From Geosiphon pyriformis uo1 (taxonomy: Eukaryota > Fungi > Glomeromycota): a DNA stretch of 27,806 nt. Location of the stretch: NCBI GenBank assembly GCA_016748015.1, contig JAAOMT010000236.1, forward strand, positions 75,333 to 103,138, written 5' to 3'. The notes below the pieces were generated by a model. It had not been told where the DNA came from, searched no databases, and saw only the letters and a list, made by a program, of their open reading frames with translations. Made by a program: the position numbers and the translations under genes. Positions 11,066 to 22,100 of this stretch are shown in pieces. The first letter of the stretch is position 1. Each line of letters opens with the position of its first letter.

Positions 11066-12451
11066 TTAAGTGTTCAAGTTGGGAGGTTGTTCAATAACAA
11101 CTATTGGTTCCAAATTTTGGGGAATATTTTTGGGGTTAATTAAAGGAGAATGTGTACCAATTTGTGGGATTAATGGTTCAGAATGTGTTCTGGAGTGATA
11201 ATGTTTTAATCAATCTCCATGTGCAACTTTTGCTAGTATTTTCTTATCAAGTCTTAATTTATATGATCTATTTCCTAAGATTTTGTGAACAAAAAATGAT
11301 CCATCCTATTTATGTTCAAATTTTCTACTCCATTGTTTTTCAGCCTTAGTTTGGTGTAAAAGAACTTTATTTCCAACTTTAAATTCATTTGTAACTGGTG
11401 GCAGTTTGTTGTCATGTCTTTTTTTTTGTTGGGCTTGTAAATTTTCAATGTGAGTGACTGCTATACGTCTTTTTTCTTTTAAAGTACTGAGAAGAGTATA
11501 AGCTCTTTGCTGAAGTGTTTCTTGTAAGTTTTCTTCTGTAATTGGTTGTACTGGATATGTTTCCACTGTGAATTCAATTGGTAATTTTGCTGTTTTTCCA
11601 TAAGTAAGGTCAAATGGTATGTGTTTTGTTGTATTTTGTTTTAGTGTTCTATATATTAGTAACACTGATAGAATAAAGATATCCTATTCTTGCTCAAAAT
11701 CTGTTGAGACTTTGGCTAGTAATTCACACAATGTTCTGTTGAAACGTTCTACTAATCCATTTGTTTGTGGATGGTAGGACAAAGATAAAAGTCTTTTGAT
11801 ATTAAATTGGTTACAAATTTATTGTATCAAGTTGTTCACAAAATGTGTTCTCTAATCAGATAAAAGTTCAATTGGGCATCTATGTCTACAAATAATGTCT
11901 TCATAGATAAAATTTGCTACTGATTTTGTATCTGCTCATTGAATAGCTCTGGCTTTGGGCCATTTGGTAAGATAATCTATTGCTACTGCTATGTATTGGT
12001 TTCCTTGCGTGATAATAGGTAGTGGTCCGACTAAATCGATACCAACTCAGTCAAAAGATTGTCCAACTTTGATTGAATTTAAAGGTTCAGTAGGGTGTGT
12101 TCCTTTTATTCTTTAACAACTATCACAAGATTCAACATATTAATGTATGTCTCTTTTCATTCGGAGCCAAAAATAGTATTTTAGTATTCTTTGGGTGGTG
12201 CTGTTTTTTCTGAAGTGTGCTGATAAAGGATCTGAGTGCATGTTGTATAATATAGTCTCTTTTTTGTGTTCTTATATTAATCTAAGTGGTTTGTCTGGGT
12301 TTTTGAAATTTTGATGATAAATAATATTGTTGTGTAGAAAATATTGTCTGGCTTGTTGTTGTAATCAATGGTTTTTATCTGAAGACCAATCTGTTGGGAT
12401 TGTTAATGTCTTCAAATATTGTTTAAGATTGTTGTAGTCTTTTGAATTCAT
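11066..12451 (-). pseudogene. Integrase of A1 in a separate ORF
   Basis: ATG at 12451. HHCC finger HSDPLSAHF...CDSC. DDE core GIDLVGPLP, LLSD.RTHF, HPQTNGLVERFNRTL. GPY/F-like KFEHK*DGSFFVHKILGN. No chromodomain recognised. Confidence 0.92.
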
Positions 12452-12491
12452 TGTTTGTTGGTTGTTAAATTTGAGTGTTGATTTGTGTTTT

Positions 12492-13900
12492 CTAATTTTG
12501 TCTCATTCTAGAGAGACAGTTAACATTGGTGTGGAGTTTTCCTGGTTTGTGATGTATTACATATTGGTAGTTTGCTAAAAATCCTGTCTATCTGGTTTGT
12601 TTTGCATTCAACTTCATGTTTTTGTTTTGTAACTATTTGAGTCCAATATTATCAGTGATAATATTGAATTCCTTAAGTTTGAGATAAAGATCAAAGTGGT
12701 ATAAGGCCCATATTACTGCTGCAGTCTCTAATTCTGTTGCTGGGTAGTTTTTCTCTGCTGGTTTTAATGTTCTACTTGCATAAGCAATTACTTGTTCATT
12801 GCCATTGTTATCTATTTATGATAAGATGGCACCAAAGGCAGTATAAGAGGCATCTGTGGCTAATCGGAATTGGTTACTAAAGTCTGAGTAGGCAAGAATT
12901 GGAGCTGTGGTAAGCTTTTCTTTGAGTATTTCGAAGGCATTTTGGTGTTCCATCCATTTGTATTTGGTGTTTTTAGTGTTGAGCTGGTTGAGGGGTTTTG
13001 CTATTTCCGAAAATCTTTTGATGAATTTCTGATAATAAGAAGCTAATCCAACAAATTCTCTTAGTTCTGTGGTATTTTGTGGAACTTTGAAATTCTTAAC
13101 AGCACTGATTTTTCCTGGGTCTGGTTTAACTTCTTCTCCACTAACTATGTGATCAAGAAAAGCCAAGCTTGTTTTTCCAAAATAATATTTTTTGATGTTT
13201 AATTTTAATCCTGTTTTACGTAATTGTTGAAAAACTTCTTGCAGATGAATTAGATAAAGTTCGAAAGATGGGGAATAAATGTCAGTGTTATCAAGATAGA
13301 CAACTACTGATTTCCAAAAGAGTCCAGTATATACAACATTCATGAGTCTTTGGAATGTTGCTGGCGCATTGCATAATCCAAAAGGCATTACATTGAATTT
13401 GTAGTTTCCTTCTTGTGTTGTAAATGCTGTTTTGGGACAATCTTTGGGATCCATAGCAACTTGCCAGTATCTGCTTTCTAAATCTAATGTTGAAATGTAT
13501 TTGGATTTTCCAAGTGTATCTAACATATCATTGATTCGGGGAAGAGAATAGGCATCTCCAATTGTGACATTGTTCAGTTGTCGATAATCAACACAAAATT
13601 GGATTTTTCTATTTTTCTTTTTAACAAGTACTATTGGTAAAGCCCATGGGCTTATTAATGGTTGGATGAGCCCATTGTTGAGCATTTTTTGAACTTCTTC
13701 TCGAATAAATTGGTGGCTTTTTGGGGCAACTCAGTATGCTTGTTGTCATCTAGGTTTGGCATCTTCTGTATAGATTTGATGTTGAACCAAATCAGTTCTT
13801 CCTAAATCATTGTTGTTTTCAGCAAATATGTCTGCATGTTCTGCAATTAATTCCTTGAGCTGATTCTGTTGTTGGGGCTTTAGTTGTTCCATGTTAATTT
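12492..13900 (-). pseudogene. pol: Reverse transcriptase and RNase H of A1
   Basis: FCVDYRQLN, LDLESRYWQ, MPFGLCNAPATFQRLM, YLDN (decayed YLDD), LATDAS, ELETAAVIWAL, IITDN. The frame ends CLSRMRQN* at 12492-12494. Confidence 0.96.
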
Positions 13901-14330
13901 GGGATAACTTTCCAATAACAATGTGATAGTTTTCAGAGCTGGGTTTTGAATTGAATTTTGGAAGAGAATGTCCAATAATTTCCAAAAAATTCAAAACTGT
14001 TTAGGGTAATTCTTGTTGAAAGATTTTGCTATGAATAATTCTGATTTCTAAATTATTTAGTAAAATAATGGGGTGATGATTGGAGTTGTAAAAAGTAACT
14101 CGGACTTTCTTCATTTCTTTTGGAATATAAATGTTTGGAATTGAGATGCCATGTTTTGTGCAAATTTGTTCATTGGCTTCAAAGATTTGTTGAGTAGTGG
14201 TGAGTTTTCTGCAGGTATAAATTTTGTGATGTTTTCCAAAGGGTAAAATGGTTATTGGTTGTGGAAGTCTGAGAATCTGGTGAGATTCATTCTGTATATT
14301 GAGGACTATATTAACTGAAACCATAAATTG

Positions 14331-14760
14331 TCCAGTTGAACTAAAACTTTAGATTTCTCTCTCGCTTTTTCCTAATTGTTCTCTTTGATTGACTAATTGC
14401 AAACCCGAAATATTAATTAAGGGTAAATAAATAGCTTGGGCAATTTTTTCAGTGTGTTCAATCTTGAATGGTTTGTCAATTTCATTTTGAAGCATTACTG
14501 TAATATCTCCAGTGTATCCAGCATCAATAATTCTTCCTCTTATGTTGATTCTTTTGCTTGCTAGGGAGGATCGGGAGGCAATTTGCACTATCATTTCTGG
14601 TGAAATTTCAAGGGTAATTTTTAGATTAATTCTTGTAAGAGATTTTGGTTGAAGAATAAGGGTATCTTTTTTTGGATATCTTAAATCATATCCAGCATTA
14701 ATTTTGTGGGCTTTCTCAGACTTGATTCCTTGTCTTTTATTGTTGAAGTATTTGAGTGTT
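14331..14760 (-). pseudogene. dut: dUTPase domain of A1 polyprotein
   Basis: All five trimeric dUTPase motifs: AGYDL, RSSLA, IIDAGYTGDI, KIAQAI and a decayed motif V (REI*SFSSTG). Confidence 0.93.
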
Positions 14761-14849
14761 ATAACAGATTGGTTTTTGGCAAGATAAATAAGAGTTACTG
14801 GGACTTTTTTATCTTGTATTCCAAATTTGATTTCGTGCTGGTCATCTTT

Positions 14850-15560
14850 AATTGGTAGTGGGATGCTAAGGGCATAGCATTTAGGACACCACTGTTTATC
14901 ACAAGGCATAATGTATTCTTCACATAGTCTAATGTTTATTTGCTCTAATTGTTGAATTTGAGCTTTTTGGGTTGGGTAGGTGTGACTTACAATTTGGTGG
15001 TTGACTTCTATTTCATCTTTGTAATCAAATTCAGCTAATTCCTTGGTGTATTCAATGTATTCTGTTTCCTTTATTTAACAGACATCTTCTTTGGTAGCTC
15101 CATTAACTAATGCCATTGCTAGGTCGAAAATCATCTCAGCATCATAGAAGTAGTGATAAAATTTGTTGAGAGCACTGTTGTATGCTGCATCAAAGAGTGT
15201 TTTTTTTTTGACTTTTTCTGAAATTGATAAAGCATATTGACAGATTTGATTGCAGACTCCTTCTCTCATTGCTACATCAATCTAATTGCATTCTTCTGGT
15301 AGCATATCTCCACAAGTCAAACAAGGAGTGTTGTCCCATTTTCCACTTCTTTTTATTAGATGGCCCCATCATTCTCTGTGGCAAGCCTTGCAGTAATAAC
15401 AAGTATGATTTTCATATTCTTCTTCAAGTGAAATGCAGGCTTCCATTGATGAAAGTTTTTTGTTACAATCTCTGCATTTAAGTAGAATGTAAGGTAATTG
15501 TTTTCGTGGTTCTGGTATAGAATATCTAACTTTTTTCCATCCTCTTAATTCTTCAAAAAT
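14850..15560 (-). pseudogene. Cys-rich and helical domain of unknown function between protease and dUTPase (A1)
   Basis: In frame with protease and dUTPase. Cys clusters CRDC, CYYCKAC, CLTC, CNQIC and CEEYIMPCDKQWCPKC. Conserved in A2. Confidence 0.75.
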
Positions 15561-15740
15561 TTCTTGTTTTGTTTTTTCAGCCTAATTGGATGTTGATTCA
15601 AGAGTCATGTAGGTTTCAGTAAGTGACATTTCTTTCTTTTCTTCAAATTCAAGTACTGGAGCTTTTTCTGATTATTTGTTGAAAGTTCCACACGTAACAG
15701 ATACTATGGTGTGTTGTTCTTGATATGAGATTTTTAATTC

Positions 15741-16052
15741 CTAAGTTTCCCAATCTAAATTTGCATTGGTCTTGAGAAGCCAATCATTTCTGACAAGAGC
15801 TTGGTATTGGAGTACATCTATGACTAGGACTTTAACTGGAATAGTGATTCCATCAATGGTGAATAGAAAATTATTAATTTCTTCTACTGGTGTTTTCTTC
15901 ATACCATCTGCTGTAATAATGACAGTTTGAGCTGGTCTGTTAACAGTTTGTTGAAGCTGTTGTATTAATTGGTAGATGATAATACTTCCAGCAGATTCAT
16001 TGTCTAATATTAAGCAAATTGGTTTTCCTTCTACTTCAGCTTTAGTATACAT
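15741..16052 (-). pseudogene. Aspartic protease of A1
   Basis: VEGKPICLILDNESAGSI (decayed LDSGS), flap ITADG, and ALVRNDWL (decayed LxGxDWL). Confidence 0.9.
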
Positions 16053-18067
16053 TGCTGTAATAGCTTTTTGTTTGTTAACTGCTACATTGCTAAATAGAGA
16101 TGGTGATTCATTGGCTTCAAATTTGAATGGAAAGATGTCTGAAAGATTGGTGTTTCGGGCAATTCTGGCTGGTGGAATAGTATTGTTGGAGGGTTTTGTC
16201 TTGGTGCTGCAGCTTCACCTTCAAAAAGTGCAGTTTGCTGAAAATTTGATTCCTCTGGTATTGTAAGATAACTGGGTTGAGTGTGATAGAGTGTGGGCCT
16301 ATGTTGATTCGAATTTTGAGTGGTTAATTGGTTGTTGGAATTAAATCTGTTGTTGTTTGTTTAAAAACGGTTTTGTGGTGTAAATTGTTTATGTTGAATC
16401 AATCTTCTGGCTGGCACTTGATATTATGGTGTAGATGGTTGTTGATACTGTTGTTGGATTGGTTGTGGAGCAAATTGATAATAGTGGTTTGGATATTGTG
16501 GTCTTGGTAAATATTGAGCTGGTGGTGATAGATAATATGATTGTTGTGGTTGGGAATAACATTGATTATTCCTCTGTTGTTGGTCTCATTGCAATTTTCT
16601 ACAATCGTGTTTCCAGTGTCCTGGAATTCTACAATAATGACAATTTTGGATTTGGTTGTTGGATGGTGGTCTGAAGTTGTTTTGATTGCATTATTGTGGA
16701 GATTGATATCTTTGTGGTTGTTGTGATTGCTCCAGCTGTTGTTGTTGCTGTTGGTTGGTGAAGTAGTTTTCAACTTTCTTGGTTAATTGGTCAATTTTTT
16801 CTTCAGCTGCTGAGCTGGTTTCTTCAATAGCCAGATTAATAAGTTTGGTATGGTTGGCTTCTTCCATGGCCATTTTGTAGTTTTTTGCCTGTTGAATAGC
16901 AGTGGCTAAATCTTTTGGTGCATGTGGGCAAACTTTCTTGATAAGTTTGTCTTTTAGTCCAGCAATGAATTGATCCAAGATTTGTGCATTGGAGTAGTAT
17001 TCATTTGTTTCCAATTGGTGAAACCTTCTAAGCAGTTTGTTGAATTTCCCAAAATAGGTCATAACTGATTCACTTGGTTCTTGCTTGATATTTCGGAACC
17101 AATTTTGAAGGGTAATAGAAGTGTTATTGTTAGTGAACTGTTCTAGGAAAGCAGTTTTGAATGCTTTCCAGTTTTCTGGTGGGGCTTCCAAGTTTTTAAA
17201 CCATTTGCCAGCCATTTTTTGTAAGAAATATGGAATTGCTTTTAACATTCTGGCAGCATTTCAACCATTTGCATCTCCTACTTTTGAGACTTTGTCAAGC
17301 CATTTTTGAGGACTGGTTTCACTGTCTTCTTCTGTGAACTCAGGGATTTTTGCGATATATGTAGAGGTCATTTCTTCTTCATTTTCTGAGTCTTCTGTTT
17401 CTTGTTCTGATTCAGTCTCTTCACTTCAATTTTCTGCTAAGTAGTCAATAAGGTTTGTGTTGGTTAATATTGGTTCTTATTGTTAAATAGGGCTTTTGGG
17501 TGACTGAAAATCTTCTATTCTTGAAAACCGAATAAGTAGTAAGCTTGGTGTTTGTGGTTGAGCAAGTAAAGCAGAAAATGGTGTGATTGAGAATGGTAAT
17601 TTAAAGCTGGTTCCTTGTTTTGGAGTTTGTAAATGTTTGGCAGTAGTTTTAGGTGTATTGGGAGTAGTTCTGAGTTTTTGTTTCCTTTTTTTTTTTCTTT
17701 CTTCTGTTTCTGATTCAAAACTAAGAGAAAATTTCTGTTCTACTGGGTAATTTACTTCACAATACTGAATGATATTGAAGTTGAGTTCTTGGAAGTATGT
17801 TTCAAGTGTTTGACTGTTAAAATCCTAAGTGTTTAGACGAGAGTGATGTATTAAGATTTCATATAAGTTGTGTCTAACTTCTGAAATGTTGTAGTCTCCA
17901 AAAAGATAATTGTTGATGCAATTTTCAATGTACTGGTAAAGTGTTTTCTTGAATGTTTCAATTCCATCTGAGATGTTAAATTTTTGCTTACAGTGGGTGT
18001 AGATTGACTGATAATACTCTAGAGTTCTTAAATCTGTTTGAGTCACTACTTTTGAAGTTGTTGTCAT
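16053..18067 (-). pseudogene. gag: Gag of A1
   Basis: Capsid-like MLKAIPYFLQ...FKTAFLEQF...IKQEPSESV...QFIAGL. CCHC knuckle CHYCRIPGHWKHDC (16601-16642). Q/P/N-rich linker. Confidence 0.92.
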
Positions 18068-18077
18068 TGTGTTATTT

Positions 18078-18093
18078 TCGTGGGAAAGCACCA
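18078..18093 (-). promoter_or_regulatory. Primer binding site of A1
   Basis: Minus strand reads ...TAACA-TT-TGGTGCTTTCCCACGA. TGG is complementary to the tRNA CCA end and lies 2 nt from the LTR end. Confidence 0.85.
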
Positions 18094-18095
18094 AA

Positions 18096-18104
18096 TGTTA
18101 TCAG
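18096..18104 (-). repeat. 9-bp remnant (U5 terminus) of the A1 5' LTR
   Basis: TGTTATCAG is identical to 367-375 and directly abuts the start of the A2 LTR. Confidence 0.85.
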
Positions 18105-19076
18105 TGTTACCAGTAAAATTTTAGCTATTAATTAGCATAAAATTACCCTTATAATTCTTATAATTAATTAGTATATTAATATCATTTCAAATTATCATTT
18201 ATTATTTAATCAATTATCACATATCACACTTCAATTAAAATAATCTAATTAGTATAATAGAAAGTAGGATAATCAAATTACACAATACTCTGAACTTTGT
18301 AACATTCTAAAATTCGCCGAAATTTACAGAAATTCGCCGAAATTATGAATAGTTCACCCAAATTAATCAATAGTTCAGCAAAATAACTTGTAGTTCATCA
18401 AAATATATCTTTAGTTTGCCGAAATTTGAGCAAAAAGAAAAAGTGCAAGTTCATAGACTAGTACTACAACAAGTTGTATAAAAGAAGAGCTTTTCTCTTC
18501 AAAAAAATATATCTTACTTTAGATTTATTACTTAGAATCATTCTTACACACACAAAAAAAAATAAATATCAAATAATTCGAAAAACAAAATTCTTTAAAT
18601 ATTGTACTTAAAAAATCCTCAAAATCCAACTAACATTTTGAAATTGATTAGCTACCAATTTCAGTAAACTGTTAGTGACTCCAGACCTGGATAGAAAACG
18701 TTTCTCTTGATAAAATCCTATTTCTTTTACATTTCTTTTATTTTTTTTTCTTTTCTTATTACAATCATTAGAGTAGCTTACAAACGAAATTCCTGTAGAA
18801 AAGTTGACTTTCACAGCAAAGTAACTACACATTTTTTTAGTGAGCTTCTAGACAAGTAATTTCTGGAAAAGAGTTGACGTTTACTACAACATAACTACAT
18901 AAAGTAACTGGCAAGGAATTGGCCATTCCACTTATAAGCCCAGCAGTTCAAATTATAGGAGATAATTTGAAGATAAATTCAATTATTGGAGGTTCAACTA
19001 CTTCTAAAAAACGTGAATTTGCAACCAACAGACATTTACAACATTCAAGAAAAGAGACCAAAAACCTCTGGTAACA
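18105..19076 (+). repeat. 5' LTR of A2 (972 bp)
   Basis: TGTTACCAG...CTGGTAACA forms a perfect 9-bp terminal inverted repeat; followed by the PBS. Confidence 0.95.
18477..18484 (+). promoter_or_regulatory. Probable TATA box in LTR A
   Basis: TATAAAAG downstream of the U3 repeat array. TATAAAA is conserved in the other two LTR copies. Confidence 0.6.
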
Positions 19077-19078
19077 TT

Positions 19079-19094
19079 TGGTGCTCTTCTATGG
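19079..19094 (+). promoter_or_regulatory. Primer binding site of A2
   Basis: CA-TT-TGGTGCTCTTCTATGG. Confidence 0.85.
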
Positions 19095-19121
19095 AAATAA
19101 CACAGTAACAACAAATTCAAA

Positions 19122-22100
19122 GTGGCAACCACACCAAATACAGCAACTCTAGAGTATTACCAGTCAATTTACACCTACTGCAAGCAAAGATTTAACATTC
19201 CAGACAGAATTGAAGTTGTCAAGAAATCAGTATACCAATACATTGAAAACCATATCAACAATTATCTTTTTGGAAACTACAATATTTCAGAAGTTAGAAG
19301 CAACCTCTACAATAATTTAGTGCACTATTCACAATTGGGAACAGAAGACCTGAACAGTGAAACACTTGCTACCTACTTCCAAGAACTTAATTTTAACATT
19401 ATTGAGTATTGTGAAGAAAAATACCCAGTACAGTCTAAATACTCTTTTGACTTTGAATCAGAGACAGAAACAAGCAACAAAGGCAAACAAATATTGAAGC
19501 AATACTTAAAAACCACTCCAAACACTCCAACACTACAAAAGACAACTACCAAACACTTGCAAACACCAGAACAAGGAACCAGTGTCAAATTACCACTTTT
19601 TATTACACTATTTCCAATTTCACTTGTTCAACCACAAACACCAAATTTACCACTTAACCACTTCTCCAGACCAGAAGATTTTCAGTTACCTAGAAATCCT
19701 ACTCAACAGCAGGAACCAATATCAACAAGTGCCAATATCATTGATTACTTACAGGAAAACGAAAGTAATCATTCAGAAAGCTTGGAAAGTGAAAAAACTG
19801 AATCAGAATCAGAAGAAATTACAGAAAACAAAAAAGAAATGGCAACTACTTACATTGCAAAAATCCCAGAATTCACTGGTAAAGACAATGATACCAGTCC
19901 TCAAGAATGGCTTGACAAAGTTCAAAAAGCAGGAGATACAAATGGTTGGATTGCAGCAAGAATGCTCAAAGCAATTCCCTACTTTCTCCAAGAAACAGCA
20001 GAAGAATAGTTTGAAAATTTAGAAGAACCATTTGAAAACTGGCAAGCATTCAAAGATGCTTTTCTACAACAATTTACTGACAACAATACCTCTATCACTC
20101 TCAGAAACTGCTTTCACAATATCAAACAAAAAACTGTTATGACCTATCTTAGAAAATTTAACAAACTTCTTTGATGGATTCGACAATTGGAAACCAATAA
20201 TTATTATTCTGATGCTCAAATTCTGGATCAGTTTATAGCAGAGTTAAAAGACAAACTGATTAAAAAAGTTCGTCCACATGCTCCAGCAGACTTAGCAACT
20301 GCTATTAGACATATAAAAAACTATGAAATGACAATGGAAGAAGCAAATCACACCAAGCTTGTAAACCTTGCAATTGGAGAAACCAGTTCAGCAGCTGAAG
20401 AAAATATAAACCAACTCACAAAAAAGATTGAAAGCTACTTCACAAACCAACAACAACAGCAACAACAACCATAAAGATATCAACCCCCACAACGATGCAA
20501 CTAAAACAATTTTGGATCACCATCCAACAACCAACCTCAAAATTGTTATTATTGTGGAATTCTAGGACACTGGAAACGAGATTGTAAGAAATTACAAAGA
20601 GACCAACAAAACAGGAGCAATTAACATTACTCTTTACCACAACAATCCTATTACCAATCTCCACCACCAACTTATTATTTACCAAGACCACAAAATCAAA
20701 ACAGTTACTACTCACCAGCTCCACAACCAATGCAGCAACAATATCAGCAACCCTTACCAATTCAGCCATATTAGACACCATCCATTCAATAATATCAAGT
20801 ACCAGCAAAAAGATTGGTTCAACATAACCAATTCACACCCCAAAATCAGTTGCAGAGTAACCACAACAGAATCAATCTAAATAACCAGTTGGTTCCCCGA
20901 AATTCTGGTCAGCAAAGACCCAATCACTATCACACTCAACTCAGTTATCTTACAATGCCAGAGGAATTGGATTTTCAACAAACTGCACTTTCTGAAGATG
21001 AAGTTGCAACGCCAAGATCAAATCCTTCCAATCATACCATTCCACCAGCTCAAATTGCCCAAAATGCTAACCTGTCAGATATATTTCCATTTGAATTTGA
21101 AGCAAATGAATCACCATTTCTGCTTAGTAATGCAGCAGTCAATGAACAGAAAGCAATTACTGCTATGTACACAGAAGCCATAGTGGAAGGAAAACCCATT
21201 CACTTAATCTTAGATAGTAGATTGGCTAGAAGTATCATTACTTACTAGCTGATGCAACAACTCAAACAAAACGTAGACAGACCAGCTCAAACAGTTATTG
21301 TTACAGCTAATGGAATGAAAAAAACTCCAGTAGGAGAAATTAATAATTTCTTCTTTTCAATTGATGGAATCACTATTTTAGTTAAAGTTCTTGTTATGGA
21401 TGCACCCCAATACCAAGCTCTAGTTGGAAATGATTGGCTTTTCAAGGCCAATGCAAACCTGAACTGGAAAACTCAAGAACTTAAAATCTCATACCAAGGA
21501 CAATATACCATAGTACCTGTAACCTGTAGTACCTTTAACAAATGATCAGAAAAAGCCCCAGTATTTAAATTTGAAGAGAAAAAAGAAATGTCACTTACTA
21601 AAACCTACATGGCTCTTGGATCAACATCCAATTGGACTGAAGAAACAGAACAGGAGATTTTTGAAGAATCAAGAGGATAGAAGAAAGTTCAATATTCTAT
21701 ACCAGAACCATGGAAACAACCACCCTATATTCCACTCAAATGCAAAAATTACAACAAAAAACTTTCATCAATGGGAGCATGTATTTTTCCAGAAGAGGAA
21801 TATCAAACTCGTACCTGTTACTTTTGCAAAGCATGCTATATGGAATAATTTGGATCTCCAAAAAGAAGTGAAAAATGGGACAACACATCTTGTCTTACAT
21901 GTGGAGAAATACTATCAGAAGAATGCAATTGGATTGATGTAGCAATGAAAGAAGGAGTATGTGATCAAACCTGTCAATATGCTTTATTAATTTTGGAAAA
22001 AGTCAGAAGAAGAACACCATTTGATGCAGCATACAACAGTGTTTTCAATAAACTTTATCACTACCCTCATGATGCTGAAATGATTTTTGACTTAGCAATG

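Larger units (their letters stand above)
9279..18104 (-). mobile_element. Ty3/Gypsy LTR retrotransposon A1 (dUTPase-bearing), complete internal region, 5' LTR disrupted
   Basis: PBS, gag, protease, dUTPase, RT, RNase H, integrase, PPT and 3' LTR in Gypsy order (RT-RH-IN) on the minus strand. Confidence 0.96.

Noticed and set aside
11066-11200. Chromodomain at the integrase C-terminus
   Set aside because: The tail after the GPY/F-like region is short and P-rich (…EPIVVIEQPPNLNT*), without the YLVKW/TWE pattern.
15976-16773. Several overlapping ORFs rich in V/L/W or N/H/T (also 19582-20022, 20440-20808, 21571-21942)
   Set aside because: These are shadow frames of the CAA-rich gag linker and of the polyprotein, with no independent coding signal.
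9279-19076. Element bounded by inverted ~1-kb repeats (DIRS-like or TIR element)
   Set aside because: The right repeat is the 5' LTR of A2 with its own PBS. A1 has a DDE integrase, a PPT and a remnant of its own 5' LTR, and no tyrosine recombinase is seen.
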